This document shows, in pieces, positions 47,234 through 57,664 of a stretch of 64,000 bases of DNA. Each line of letters opens with the position of its first letter. Position 1 is the stretch's first letter. Origin of the DNA: Dongiaceae bacterium (GTDB taxonomy: Bacteria; Pseudomonadota; Alphaproteobacteria; Dongiales; Dongiaceae); contig JBJXDY010000021.1 in assembly GCA_046154965.1 (NCBI GenBank), positions 3,200 through 67,199 on the forward strand, written 5' to 3'. The translations under genes were made by a program, and so were the position numbers. Under the pieces are notes generated by a model, which did no database searches, was not told the origin of the DNA, and was given only the letters and a program-made list of their open reading frames with translations.

Positions 47234-48142
47234 ATGTCCGCAGATTTCGACGTCGTCGACGAACGCTTCCGCTATATGATGCAGGGCAACGCCTGGGTGG
47301 AGAAGCTCCACGGCGGCATGCTTTGGGCCGAGGGGCCGGTCTGGTTCGCCGACGGGCAATATCTGCTCTGGAGCGACATTCCCAACAACGTGATCCTGCA
47401 ATATGCCGAGGGCACGGGCGTGCGGGTCTGGCGCCATCCCGCCAACAACACCAACGGCCATACGCGGGATCGCGAGGGCCGGCTGGTTTCCTGCGAGCAT
47501 GGCGGCCGGCGCGTCTCCCGCACCGAGCATGACGGCAGCTACACCGTGCTGGTGGACCGCTACAAGGGCATGCGGCTGAACTCGCCCAATGACGTGGTGG
47601 TCAAGTCCGACGGCACGATCTGGTTCACCGATCCGCCCTACGGCATCCTCAGCGACTATGAGGGCAAGAAGGCCAAGAGCGCGATCGGCGCCAACTATGT
47701 CTACCGGTTCGATCCCAAGACCAAGAGCCTGACCGTGGTGGCCGATGATTTCGACAAGCCCAACGGCATCGCCTTCTCGCCCGACGAGAAGAAGCTCTAT
47801 ATCGCCGACACCGGCGGCTCCCATGATCCCGGCGGCGCGCACCATATCCGGGTCTTCGACGTGATCGACGGCCGCAAGCTGGCCCGGGGCCGCGTGTTCG
47901 CGGAGATCAACCCCGGCCTCGCCGACGGCTTCCGGCTGGATACCGACGGCAATGTCTGGACCAGCGCCGGCGACGGCGTGCATTGCTTCTCGCCGCGGGG
48001 CGAGCTGCTGGGCAAGATCCTGGTGCCGGAGGTGGTGTCGAACGTCTGCTTCGGCGGGCCGAAACGGAACCGGCTGTTCATCACGGCGACGACATCGCTC
48101 TACGCGGCCTATGTTTGCCAGGTCGGCGCGCAACGGCCCTGA
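47234..48142 (+). CDS. SMP-30/gluconolactonase/LRE-family lactonase
   Basis: 302 aa. Beta-propeller lactonase motifs (EGPVW...LWSDIPNN, NSPNDVVV, FTDPPYG, PNGIAFSPDEKKLYIADT, FGGPKRNRLFITA). Confidence 0.88.
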   Translation: MSADFDVVDERFRYMMQGNAWVEKLHGGMLWAEGPVWFADGQYLLWSDIPNNVILQYAEGTGVRVWRHPANNTNGHTRDREGRLVSCEHGGRRVSRTEHDGSYTVLVDRYKGMRLNSPNDVVVKSDGTIWFTDPPYGILSDYEGKKAKSAIGANYVYRFDPKTKSLTVVADDFDKPNGIAFSPDEKKLYIADTGGSHDPGGAHHIRVFDVIDGRKLARGRVFAEINPGLADGFRLDTDGNVWTSAGDGVHCFSPRGELLGKILVPEVVSNVCFGGPKRNRLFITATTSLYAAYVCQVGAQRP

Positions 48143-48154
48143 CGGAGCGGCGCC

Positions 48155-48613
48155 ATGACCGAGCTCCGCAGCGAACCGCTCTATCGCATGACTCTCGAGG
48201 TGGGGGCGCCGTTCGATATCGGCGCCGGCCCGCGCGGCCAGCGTCTGGTCATTCCGTTCAAAGGCGGCCGCTTCGAGGGGCCGAAGCTGCGCGGCGAGGT
48301 ATTGGTTACCGGCGGCGACTGGCTGCTGCGTCGCGCTGATGGCGTTTTCGAACTCGATGTCCGCCGCACGTTGCGCACCGATGATGGGCACCACATCTAC
48401 GCAGCCTATCGCGGCATCCTGACCGGCAGCGCCGAGAGCCTGGCCCGCATGGGCCGCGGCGAAGCCGTGCCGGCGGCCGATCTATATCTCCGCACCGCGC
48501 CGGTGTTCGAAACCGGCTCCGAGAAGTACGCCTGGCTCAATCGCATCATCAGCGTCGGCATCGGCGCGATCACCGCGACGGGCGCGGAGCTTGAGGTGTT
48601 TGAGATCCGCTGA
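48155..48613 (+). CDS. DUF3237 (UPF0311) family protein
   Basis: 152 aa. Pattern GPRGQRLVIPFKGGRFEGPKLRGEVL..GGDW typical of DUF3237. Confidence 0.75.
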   Translation: MTELRSEPLYRMTLEVGAPFDIGAGPRGQRLVIPFKGGRFEGPKLRGEVLVTGGDWLLRRADGVFELDVRRTLRTDDGHHIYAAYRGILTGSAESLARMGRGEAVPAADLYLRTAPVFETGSEKYAWLNRIISVGIGAITATGAELEVFEIR

Positions 48614-48727
48614 CAGCCTGCGCCTGGGTGGCGGACCCACGTTCTGCGGCCATCGAGCCCCTCGTCATTGACAGACTTTGCCAATTTATGCCATTATTAT
48701 CTGTTAACGTTGTGACATGAGGCAGAA

Positions 48728-48967
48728 ATGGCCACGATGAACGTATCGCTCCCCGAACCGCTTAAGGATTGGATCGAAGCCCAGGTAAAGACCGGTCGTT
48801 ACGCCAACGTCAGCGACTATGTTCGCGACCTCATTCGCCGCGACCAGGAAGCCAAGCATTCCTTGGTTGATGCTCTCGAAGCTGGCGCAGCGAGCGGCCT
48901 CAGCGAACGATCGGTCGAGAGCATCTGGCGGGCGGCGAAGAAAAATGCCACGCGTGCCAAAACATAG
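48728..48967 (+). CDS. parD: Type II antitoxin, ParD family
   Basis: 79 aa. MATMNVSLPEPLKDWIEAQVKTGRYANVSDYVRDLIRRDQE matches the ParD ribbon-helix-helix N-terminus. Confidence 0.88.
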   Translation: MATMNVSLPEPLKDWIEAQVKTGRYANVSDYVRDLIRRDQEAKHSLVDALEAGAASGLSERSVESIWRAAKKNATRAKT

Positions 48968-49250
48968 GCTCTCGCGAGCGGCAGCGGCAGACCTCGACGA
49001 TATCTTTCTTTACACGATCAAGACCTTCGGTCTGCGGCAGGCTGAACGCTACTACCTAGCCATCCAGGACTCGCTCCAGCGGATTGCCGAGACACCCGAT
49101 CTCGGCCGCGCCATTGCCGGCAGAACCCGCGCATTTCGGCAATTCAATTGCCAGCGTCATGGCATCTTCTACACTGTTGGAACGGACGGCATATCTGTCG
49201 TGCGCATCCTCCATCTCGCGATGGACCTCAAAGCCCATCTCCCGCAATAG
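48945..49250 (+). CDS. parE: Type II toxin, ParE/RelE family
   Basis: Start chosen at ATG 48945 (MPRVPKHRLSRAAAADLDDIFLYT), overlapping parD by 23 nt. 101 aa. The listed ORF from 48819 is an over-extension. Confidence 0.85.
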   Translation: MPRVPKHRLSRAAAADLDDIFLYTIKTFGLRQAERYYLAIQDSLQRIAETPDLGRAIAGRTRAFRQFNCQRHGIFYTVGTDGISVVRILHLAMDLKAHLPQ

Positions 49251-49256
49251 TGAGAG

Positions 49257-50237
49257 CTAGCTCTGCACCCGGGCGCTGCGGCCATAGACCAGCAGCATGC
49301 CGATGATGACGGCGCCGTAGATAACCTGGCGGTAGGCTTCTTCCATCTGCATCACCGACAGGATGCTCTGCAGCAGGGTGATCAGGATGACGCCGCCGAC
49401 GGTACCCAGATACTTGCCGCGTCCGCCGAGGATGTTGGTGCCGCCGAGCACCACTGCGGCGATCGCCGGCAGCAGATAGGGGTCGCCCATCGCCTGATAG
49501 GCCTTGGTCGAATAGCCGGCGAGCAGCACGCCCGCCAACGCCGCCAGCGTGCTGCATAGCGCAAAGCAGGCGATCAGGACGCCCCGGGTGCTTACGCCGG
49601 AGAGATAAGTCGCGCTCTCCCGGTTGCCGAACGCATAGATGTAACGGCCGAACGGCGTGCGGCGAAGCACGAAGACGATAATGAGGCCGATGAGCAGCCA
49701 GACAAAGAGCACGTTGGGAATGCCGATAGGCGTGCCCAAAATCTCGAACGAGACGCTGCGTTTCACGGCAAGCCAATGCATCAATGGCGTCGCATGGTCC
49801 TGCGGCGCGAAACCACCGGTGTGCAGCACCATCAGGCCCTGTGCCACCGCATTGACGCCCAGCGTGAAGATCATCGAGGGAATGCGCAGATAGGCGACGC
49901 CCAGTCCATTGACGACGCCGAAGATCAATCCACAAAGCATGGCGAACGGCAGGGCAATCGCCGTGCCGGCATCGCCCCACCAACCCGCGGCGGCCGTTGC
50001 CATCATGCCGCCGACCGTGACGACCCAGGGAACAGACAAATCGATGTGCCCGAGCAGGATCACCAGCATCGCGCCGCTGGCAATGATGCCGAGGAACGAG
50101 GCGACCTGCAGCTGCTGCAGCAAATAGTCGGCGGAGAAGAACCGGTCGTCGATGGCCGTCGCCACCAGCCACAATATGATGATGAAGCTGAAGACGATCA
50201 GGATCGGCAGATCCACGTTCTTGAGAATCTTCTGCAT
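49257..50237 (-). CDS. CUT2 (RbsC-like) ABC transporter permease
   Basis: 326 aa, multi-TM. Conserved GHIDLSV and GGTNILGGRG motifs. Confidence 0.85.
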   Translation of the reverse strand: MQKILKNVDLPILIVFSFIIILWLVATAIDDRFFSADYLLQQLQVASFLGIIASGAMLVILLGHIDLSVPWVVTVGGMMATAAAGWWGDAGTAIALPFAMLCGLIFGVVNGLGVAYLRIPSMIFTLGVNAVAQGLMVLHTGGFAPQDHATPLMHWLAVKRSVSFEILGTPIGIPNVLFVWLLIGLIIVFVLRRTPFGRYIYAFGNRESATYLSGVSTRGVLIACFALCSTLAALAGVLLAGYSTKAYQAMGDPYLLPAIAAVVLGGTNILGGRGKYLGTVGGVILITLLQSILSVMQMEEAYRQVIYGAVIIGMLLVYGRSARVQS

Positions 50238-50240
50238 GGC

Positions 50241-51302
50241 CTATGTGAACAGCTCGAGCCGGTTGCGGATGCGGAAGACGCGGGCAGCTCCGAGGCTGAC
50301 CGCCAGCAGCAGAATTACGCCATTGAACAAGGGCTGCCAAAGCGGTGGCATATCGAAGACGAAGAGCAGGTCGGCGATGGTGCGCAAGCTGAACGCCCCG
50401 AAAATCGAGCCGATCGCCGAGCCGAACCCGCCGAACAGCGACGTGCCGCCGATCACGACCGCCGCGATGGAATTGAGCGTATAGGTGCCGGCGCTCGGCG
50501 CGCTGGCCTCGCCGGCATAGGTGTAGAAAGTCTGCACCAAGCCGGCGATCGCGCAGAACACGCCTGAGAGGGTGTAGGCCGCAAGCTTTGAGTTGGCAAT
50601 GGCGACACCCGAAAGAAAGGCCGCGCCTTCCGCCGAACCTGTCGCATAACAGCCGCGCCCCAACACCGATCTCCGGAAGGGTATCCAGATAAACAACACC
50701 ACGCACAATAGCAGCACGAGCACGGTCGGCACCTTGCCCCACAACAGGCCGGTGACGAAATCCGCCAGCGCGGGATCGACGCCGCCGCCGGGTATCGGGC
50801 GTATGGCAAGAGCGATGCCGTAGTAGATCGCCCCGGTGGCCAGCGTCACGATGATCGGCTGCAAGCGCCCGTACACAACGATGGCGCCGTTCAAGAAGCC
50901 CGCAGCAGCGCCGGCGCAGAGGACGATAAAGACGCCCATCGTGACATCGAACGGCCCGCCAATAACAAGCGTTGAGGCGATGCAATTGGTCATGATGAAC
51001 ATGGTGCCGACCGACAGGTCGAGGCCGCGGGTCAGCACCGGCACGGTCTGCGCCATGGCGACAAGCGCCAGCAGCACGGCTTTCACGGCGGCCGTATTCA
51101 GCACGTTCGGCGTGACGTAGGCGGGGCTATAGACATAGGTTTCGACATCCGATGGGAATGCCGCGTTCAGCCCGTCCATCATCGCTGCAATCAGCGTGCC
51201 TACCGGTGGTACGCCGAAATAGACGGCGAACATCAGCAGGCAGAGCCCGACTCCCAGGAAATAGGCATTATTCGCCGCGACCCAGAGTTTGAGAGATTTC
51301 AC
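50241..51302 (-). CDS. CUT2 (RbsC-like) ABC transporter permease
   Basis: 353 aa, GTG start at 51302. GLDLSVG and GGTSLFGG motifs. Confidence 0.82.
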   Translation of the reverse strand: MKSLKLWVAANNAYFLGVGLCLLMFAVYFGVPPVGTLIAAMMDGLNAAFPSDVETYVYSPAYVTPNVLNTAAVKAVLLALVAMAQTVPVLTRGLDLSVGTMFIMTNCIASTLVIGGPFDVTMGVFIVLCAGAAAGFLNGAIVVYGRLQPIIVTLATGAIYYGIALAIRPIPGGGVDPALADFVTGLLWGKVPTVLVLLLCVVLFIWIPFRRSVLGRGCYATGSAEGAAFLSGVAIANSKLAAYTLSGVFCAIAGLVQTFYTYAGEASAPSAGTYTLNSIAAVVIGGTSLFGGFGSAIGSIFGAFSLRTIADLLFVFDMPPLWQPLFNGVILLLAVSLGAARVFRIRNRLELFT

Positions 51303-51379
51303 GCTGCAGCGCCCCCCGGCTGTAGATTCCGTTCGACCGGCAGATTGAGCGAGCTGGCGACGAAGTTGTTCTCGTTGAT

Positions 51380-52843
<1,464 letters not shown>

Positions 52844-52901
52844 GGTCGAACCCGCTATGGATCAAAGCCAGAGTCCCGATCCCGGACTGCCGCATAGACT
52901 C

Positions 52902-52939
52902 GCGGCCCTCACGGTTCGTTGTCAGACCATGAGGGCCGC
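52902..52939 (-). promoter_or_regulatory. Perfect 10-bp-stem hairpin after the binding-protein gene
   Basis: GCGGCCCTCA (52902-52911) / TGAGGGCCGC (52930-52939), 18-nt loop. Lies in the SBP-ATPase intergenic gap. Confidence 0.5.
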
Positions 52940-52975
52940 TTGCTTATGCACAACAATCAGGCCGATGAGACGGGC

Positions 52976-54205
52976 TTATTGATCCGCTTCCGACTTCGCC
53001 ATGATTTCCGTCGCCTTGATGTTGACGTTGCAAGGCGGGAACTCGTTCGGCGTGAAGAAGTTATCGGTCAGGTCCGGGTAGTAGTTGTCGCCGGCCTTGA
53101 AGTTCGGCGACTCGACATACGGAATCGGAACCGAAATGTACTGCGGCATCGGCTCGCCCTTGAGGGCATGGATCGCGGCTTTGATGGAGATCGCGACCAG
53201 GCCCGGCGACTGGCCGGCCGAAGCGCAGAGCAGGCCGTCTTTCTCATGCTCGGCGCACAGCTTGCGGAAACCGTTCTCCGCCTCGCCCGACACCGGGATG
53301 AAAGGATGGCTGGCATCCATCAGCGCGCGCACGGCGCCGGTGGAACCGCCCTGAACGAACATGCCGTCGAACTTCTTGTGAACGGCCACTGCGTCGGCAA
53401 CCACCTTCTGTGCCGTGCCGTCGTCCCAGTTGCCGACCACTTCGATGATCTCGAACGTGTTGCCGGAGGCTTCCATGATCTCGCGGAAGCCCAGATGGCG
53501 GTCGCGATCCACCGAGTTGCCCGGCAGGCCGCGCACCTCCAGGATCTTGCCGGTCTTGGCGGGGATGTTCTTCACCAGCCAGCGGCCCATCTGGCGGCCC
53601 ATCTCCAGCTGGTCTTCGTTGACTTGCATCACGTCCTTGCTGTCGGTGACGTTGTCAAACGGCACCAGCACGACGCCGGCTTCATTGGCGCGCTTTATCA
53701 CCGGTTCGAACGCCGTCGGGTTCACCGCGATGGTGACGATCGCGTCGTAGCCGGAGTTGATGAAGTTGTCGATGGCGGCGATCTGGGCCGCCACGTCCGT
53801 GCCAGTGCTGACGACCTTCAACTCCTTCACGTCCGGCTTCACATCGGCCGCTTCGACGAACGCCTTGGCGGTCTTGATCATCTGAATGCGCCAGGTGTTG
53901 CCGACAAAGCCATTGGCCAGCGCGATACGGTACGGCCCATCCTTCTTCGCCCACTGGAAGAACTTGGTGTCGGCCGCATAGGGCTTGAAGCATTCCGGCA
54001 ACATGCTCGGCCCCGCGACGGTCTGCGGCCCCTTCGTTGCCGGCACTGCGGCGGTTGTCGTCGCGGCCGGCTCGGCGGTCGTCGCCGGCGCTTCGGCCGT
54101 CGGCGCGGCCTGCTCTGGCGCCTTGCCTTTGTATATCAACCAACCGCCGATCGCGATGACTGCGACAATCACCACGCCGATCAGTGTTTTCATTTGACTG
54201 CTCAT
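52976..54205 (-). CDS. Sugar-binding protein (PBP type I) with N-terminal membrane anchor and Ala/Pro/Thr linker
   Basis: 409 aa. MSSQMKTLIGVVIVAVIAIGGWLIY, then KGKAPEQAAPTAEAPATTAEPAATTTAAVPATKG, then a periplasmic-binding fold. Confidence 0.82.
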   Translation of the reverse strand: MSSQMKTLIGVVIVAVIAIGGWLIYKGKAPEQAAPTAEAPATTAEPAATTTAAVPATKGPQTVAGPSMLPECFKPYAADTKFFQWAKKDGPYRIALANGFVGNTWRIQMIKTAKAFVEAADVKPDVKELKVVSTGTDVAAQIAAIDNFINSGYDAIVTIAVNPTAFEPVIKRANEAGVVLVPFDNVTDSKDVMQVNEDQLEMGRQMGRWLVKNIPAKTGKILEVRGLPGNSVDRDRHLGFREIMEASGNTFEIIEVVGNWDDGTAQKVVADAVAVHKKFDGMFVQGGSTGAVRALMDASHPFIPVSGEAENGFRKLCAEHEKDGLLCASAGQSPGLVAISIKAAIHALKGEPMPQYISVPIPYVESPNFKAGDNYYPDLTDNFFTPNEFPPCNVNIKATEIMAKSEADQ

Positions 54206-54342
54206 CTCCAGCGTTCCTCCCTCGCGTTAGGCTGGCAAATTCCGGGCGGTAGCGTTGCCTTCTCGCGCTAGGCCCGTCAATTGTTTTAATTGTCTGATGA
54301 TTGCAATGTGCACGCATCTCAGCCATCGTGACAAGACCGCTG

Positions 54343-54357
54343 TGCTGCAATGCAGCA
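54343..54357. promoter_or_regulatory. 15-bp palindrome TGCTGCA-A-TGCAGCA, candidate LacI-family operator
   Basis: Perfect 7-nt arms, about 140 nt upstream of the SBP gene and about 100 nt downstream of the lacI-family gene end. Confidence 0.3.
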
Positions 54358-54453
54358 ATACTCGAATCGGCCGATTCCTGCTGCTGTGAGACAGCCCGGG
54401 CAATATCAGCGTCGGCCGGGAGTTGCCGGCGCGGGAGTGCAGTCCTTCGCCGC

Positions 54454-55464
54454 TCAGCCGCGATAGGGCGCGCAGGAGTCGCGCACGTTCAGCGTCGGCT
54501 GCATGACGACGCGGTGCGGCGGATCCTCGGTCGCGCCCGATAGCCTGTCGCTCAGCAGGCGCACCGCTTCCGCGCCCATCTCCGCCATCGGCTGGCTCAC
54601 CGTCGTGAGGCGCGGGCGGAAAGCATTCACCCAGATGAAATCGTCCATGGAGACGACCGAAACATCCGCCGGGCAGTTGAGCCCCGCTTCCGCAATGGCG
54701 CGCATCAGGCCGATCAGCATGAGGTTGTTGGCGACGAAAAATGCCGACGGCCTTCCCGGCTGCCGCAGAATCTCGCGCGCGACCGAGAAGGCGCGGTCCT
54801 CGCGATAATCGCCGGAGCGTATATGCTGAGGATCGGGCGTCAGGCCCCGCGACGTCATTGCCTGCATGAAGCCGGCATGGCGATCGGCGCCGGTGGAGAC
54901 ATGGCGCGGCCCGGTTATCGCGCCGATCCGGCGGTGGCCGAGATCGAGGATGTAGTTCGTCGCCTGGAGCGCCGCGGACACATTGTCCAGCGACACCGAA
55001 TCGGTCGGCCAGGATTCGACCACGCGATCGATCAGCACGGTCGGCGCAGGCAGCGTGATCGCATCGTAAGATTGATAGGCCGCCGGCTCGCCGCAGGGTG
55101 CCAGGATCAGGCCGTCGCAGCGGCGCGCCCGGATGCGGCGCAGATACTGCCGCTCCAGGTCGAGGCGCTCGTCGCTGTTGCAGAGCATCAGCGAGTAGCC
55201 GCGAGCGTCCGCGGCGGTCTCCACTGCGTTGATCAGGCTGGTGAAGAACGGGTTGGTCACGTCGGCGACGACGAGCGCCAGCAATCCCGTGCGCCCCTTC
55301 TTCAGGCTTTGCGCGACGGCCGACGGCGCATAGTCCAGCCGGTCCACCGCCGCCAGCACGCGGACGCGCAGATCGGGACTGACGTAGGCGCTGTTGTTCA
55401 ACGTCGCCGAAACAGTCGCCGTTGATACCTGCGCCTCCCGGGCGACATCCTTGATCGTAGCCAT
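54454..55464 (-). CDS. LacI-family transcriptional regulator
   Basis: 336 aa. N-terminal HTH MATIKDVAREAQVSTATVSATLN, PBP-type effector domain. Confidence 0.9.
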   Translation of the reverse strand: MATIKDVAREAQVSTATVSATLNNSAYVSPDLRVRVLAAVDRLDYAPSAVAQSLKKGRTGLLALVVADVTNPFFTSLINAVETAADARGYSLMLCNSDERLDLERQYLRRIRARRCDGLILAPCGEPAAYQSYDAITLPAPTVLIDRVVESWPTDSVSLDNVSAALQATNYILDLGHRRIGAITGPRHVSTGADRHAGFMQAMTSRGLTPDPQHIRSGDYREDRAFSVAREILRQPGRPSAFFVANNLMLIGLMRAIAEAGLNCPADVSVVSMDDFIWVNAFRPRLTTVSQPMAEMGAEAVRLLSDRLSGATEDPPHRVVMQPTLNVRDSCAPYRG

Positions 55465-55608
55465 AGGGTCCTCCAGCGAAACGGTTCGCTAGCAGATCTG
55501 CAGCGAATAGTGCGATTCTCCTGCGCTCCGTAGCTTTCGTTACGCCGGAAAGATCAAGCTTGGCAAATCGATTTTGCCGAACGGCGCGGCTGAGGGAGGC
55601 GCGTCGGC

Positions 55609-56547
55609 TCACAGATGGAATTCCGCCATGGCGGCGCGCGGGATGATCGCGCCGGGATGCTGCACGACGATGGCCGCGAGTTCGTTGCCTTTCCGCGCGG
55701 CCGCCAGGGGATCGGCGCCGCTCAGGCGGGCCGCGAGATAGGCGGCGTTGAAGGAATCGCCGGCGGCCGTGGTGTCAACAGGCTGGGGCACGGCCACGGC
55801 AGCGACGTTCCTGGCCGTCGATCCGGCGCTGACATAGCAGCCCTGCTCGCCGAGCTTCACCGCGACCTCCGCCACACCCAGCGCCCGCAGCCGCGCCGCG
55901 CATTGGTCCGGCGTGGCGTCGCCATAGAGCTTCTGCTCGTCGTCAAGCGTTGGCAGGCCGATGGTGGCGCGGCGCCAGGCCTGGACCATCCATTGCCGGG
56001 CGTCGTTGACCGAGTGCCAGCCCGCCGGCCGGTAGTTGCTGTCGAAGGCCACCTGGGCGCCGTGGCCGCGGGCGTCGTCGAGCATGGCCAGCAGGCTGCG
56101 GCGCTGACCGTCGTCGAGGATCGAGAGGGTGATCGCCGAGAAATAGATACAGCCGGCGGCGGCGACGCTGTCCTGCAGGGCTTCGGCGCGGCCGTCCTTC
56201 AGCATGTCCCGCGCCGCCGCCGCCGAGCGGAAATAGGAGAAGCTGCGCTCGCCCGCCGCATTGGTGCGGATGATGTAGAGCCCCGGCAGCCGGCCGGGCA
56301 GCCGCGCCACCAGCCCGGTATCGATGCCCTCCGCCTTCCAGGCCGCGATCATGCGCTCGCTATAGACATCGTCTCCCAGGGCCGTCAGGTAGGACACCTG
56401 GAGACCGGAGGCCGCGCCAAGCCGGCTCAGGTAGAGCGCGGTGTTCAGCGTGTCGCCGCCGAAGCCCAGGGTGAGGTTCTCGTCATCCCGATGGCGCAGC
56501 TCCATCATGCATTCGCCGATGGAGATGATGTGCTTGCGTGCGGTCAT
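55609..56547 (-). CDS. kdgK: 2-dehydro-3-deoxygluconokinase (PfkB family)
   Basis: 312 aa. IGECMMEL...FGGDTLNTALYLSRLG N-terminus and C-terminal DTTAAGDSFNAAYL motif. Confidence 0.85.
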   Translation of the reverse strand: MTARKHIISIGECMMELRHRDDENLTLGFGGDTLNTALYLSRLGAASGLQVSYLTALGDDVYSERMIAAWKAEGIDTGLVARLPGRLPGLYIIRTNAAGERSFSYFRSAAAARDMLKDGRAEALQDSVAAAGCIYFSAITLSILDDGQRRSLLAMLDDARGHGAQVAFDSNYRPAGWHSVNDARQWMVQAWRRATIGLPTLDDEQKLYGDATPDQCAARLRALGVAEVAVKLGEQGCYVSAGSTARNVAAVAVPQPVDTTAAGDSFNAAYLAARLSGADPLAAARKGNELAAIVVQHPGAIIPRAAMAEFHL

Positions 56548-56630
56548 ACGGGACTATGGCCTTCGAGCGTGCCAAAGCGGTGCATAGGGTGACGCACCTG
56601 TGATCTAGGGCATCGCAACCCACCAATAGT

Positions 56631-56708
56631 GTCATCCCCGTGAAAGCGGGGACCCAGGGGTTGCAGCGCGCTCTGCCTCTCCTGGGTCCCCGCTTTCGCG
56701 GGGATGAC
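56631..56708. repeat. REP-like long palindrome (28-nt arms, one mismatch)
   Basis: GTCATCCCCGTGAAAGCGGGGACCCAGG ... CCTGGGTCCCCGCTTTCGCGGGGATGAC with a 22-nt spacer. Confidence 0.8.
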
Positions 56709-56752
56709 AAGTGGGGGGAGCGTTGTCGCTGGCAGCTCCATCCCGCGAGGTT

Positions 56753-57027
56753 TCCAGCGGCGGGGCCAATCCAAGCGATGAACCCCATGTCCAGCGGGGA
56801 ATGGCCGCAGAACAACCCTCGGCCTCGTCCAGCGGGGAGCGACAAGGGAAGGCGAAACGCAAAGGCGCAAGGACGCAAAGAAGGCCTGCGGCTTGCAATG
56901 ACCGTACCCGTCTTCTCTCTGCGCCTTGGCGTCCTTGCGGTTCATTCTCTTAACAACCTTCTTGTCTGGGCTCGGCGTCCAGCGGGAAGACAAATCCGTT
57001 CGATGGACCCCATGCCAAGCGAGAAAC
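56753..57027. repeat. Cluster of short direct and inverted repeats (GTCCAGCGGGGA x3, an imperfect 30-nt direct repeat, 11-bp inverted repeat)
   Basis: GTCCAGCGGGGA at 56789 and 56827, GTCCAGCGGGA at 56977. AATCC...CGATGRACCCCATG...CCARGCG at 56768 and 56993. CGCAAGGACGC (56866) / GCGTCCTTGCG (56929). Confidence 0.65.
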
Positions 57028-57205
57028 AGGTTCGGCGCTGGACAAAGCGCAGTGGAAGCCATGACCTATGCGGGGTCGTTCTCCGAACCCATTTGACGGC
57101 GAGAAGATATCGTTCCCGAAGAAAAAAGAACTACGCATTATGCGTTATTTCTGACGGAATGTCAAGCTGCCCGCGCCAAGGGCTGCTCCAGCGCATTGTG
57201 CGATC

Positions 57206-57649
57206 TCAGAGCAGCCCCAGGTTCTTCAAATCCGCCAGCATCTCCTCCGAGGGCTGACCGCGGCTCTTGCCGCTGGCGCGCTTCCCCGCATCCGGCGGCG
57301 CGTCGGCGGGGTCGAAGTAGCGCCAGCCTTGGAAGGCGCGGAAGGAGCGGAGGGCGGTAGGGATCAGCGGCGGGTCGAGGACGATGGCGCAATAGGGCTG
57401 GCCTTCATCATCGATGCGCTGGTCGAGGTCGAGGATGCGCTGGCGGGCGCGGATGAAGCCCTTGATGACCCAATAGATCGAGCCGCCGTCCAAGACCTCG
57501 GCCTTTTTCTTCGGCATCATGCGGGTCCAGTGGAAGAGTTCCGGCTTCTGCCGCTTCTTGCGCTTCTTCTCCAGGATCTCTTCCTGCCATTCGCGCAGGC
57601 TTTCCACACTCTCGCTTCCGACGGAGAGCTTGATCATATGCAGTGTCAC
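57206..57649 (-). CDS. DUF1489 family protein
   Basis: 147 aa. MIKLSVGSESVESLREWQ...GGSIYWVIKG pattern of the alphaproteobacterial DUF1489 family. Confidence 0.8.
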   Translation of the reverse strand: MTLHMIKLSVGSESVESLREWQEEILEKKRKKRQKPELFHWTRMMPKKKAEVLDGGSIYWVIKGFIRARQRILDLDQRIDDEGQPYCAIVLDPPLIPTALRSFRAFQGWRYFDPADAPPDAGKRASGKSRGQPSEEMLADLKNLGLL

Positions 57650-57664
57650 GGTGCCGGCGTCTCC

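Noticed and set aside
47102-48394. 430-aa minus-strand ORF
   Set aside because: Antisense to the lactonase and DUF3237 genes, with Ala/Gly/Arg-rich composition.
52919-54271. 450-aa plus-strand ORF
   Set aside because: Antisense to the anchored sugar-binding protein gene, with Arg/Gly/His-rich composition.
56544-57062. 172-aa minus-strand ORF and overlapping ORFs in the kdgK-DUF1489 gap
   Set aside because: The translations are dominated by peptides derived from the REP-like palindromes (for example VIPAKAGTQ and KDAKAQRE). There is no RBS or domain signal.
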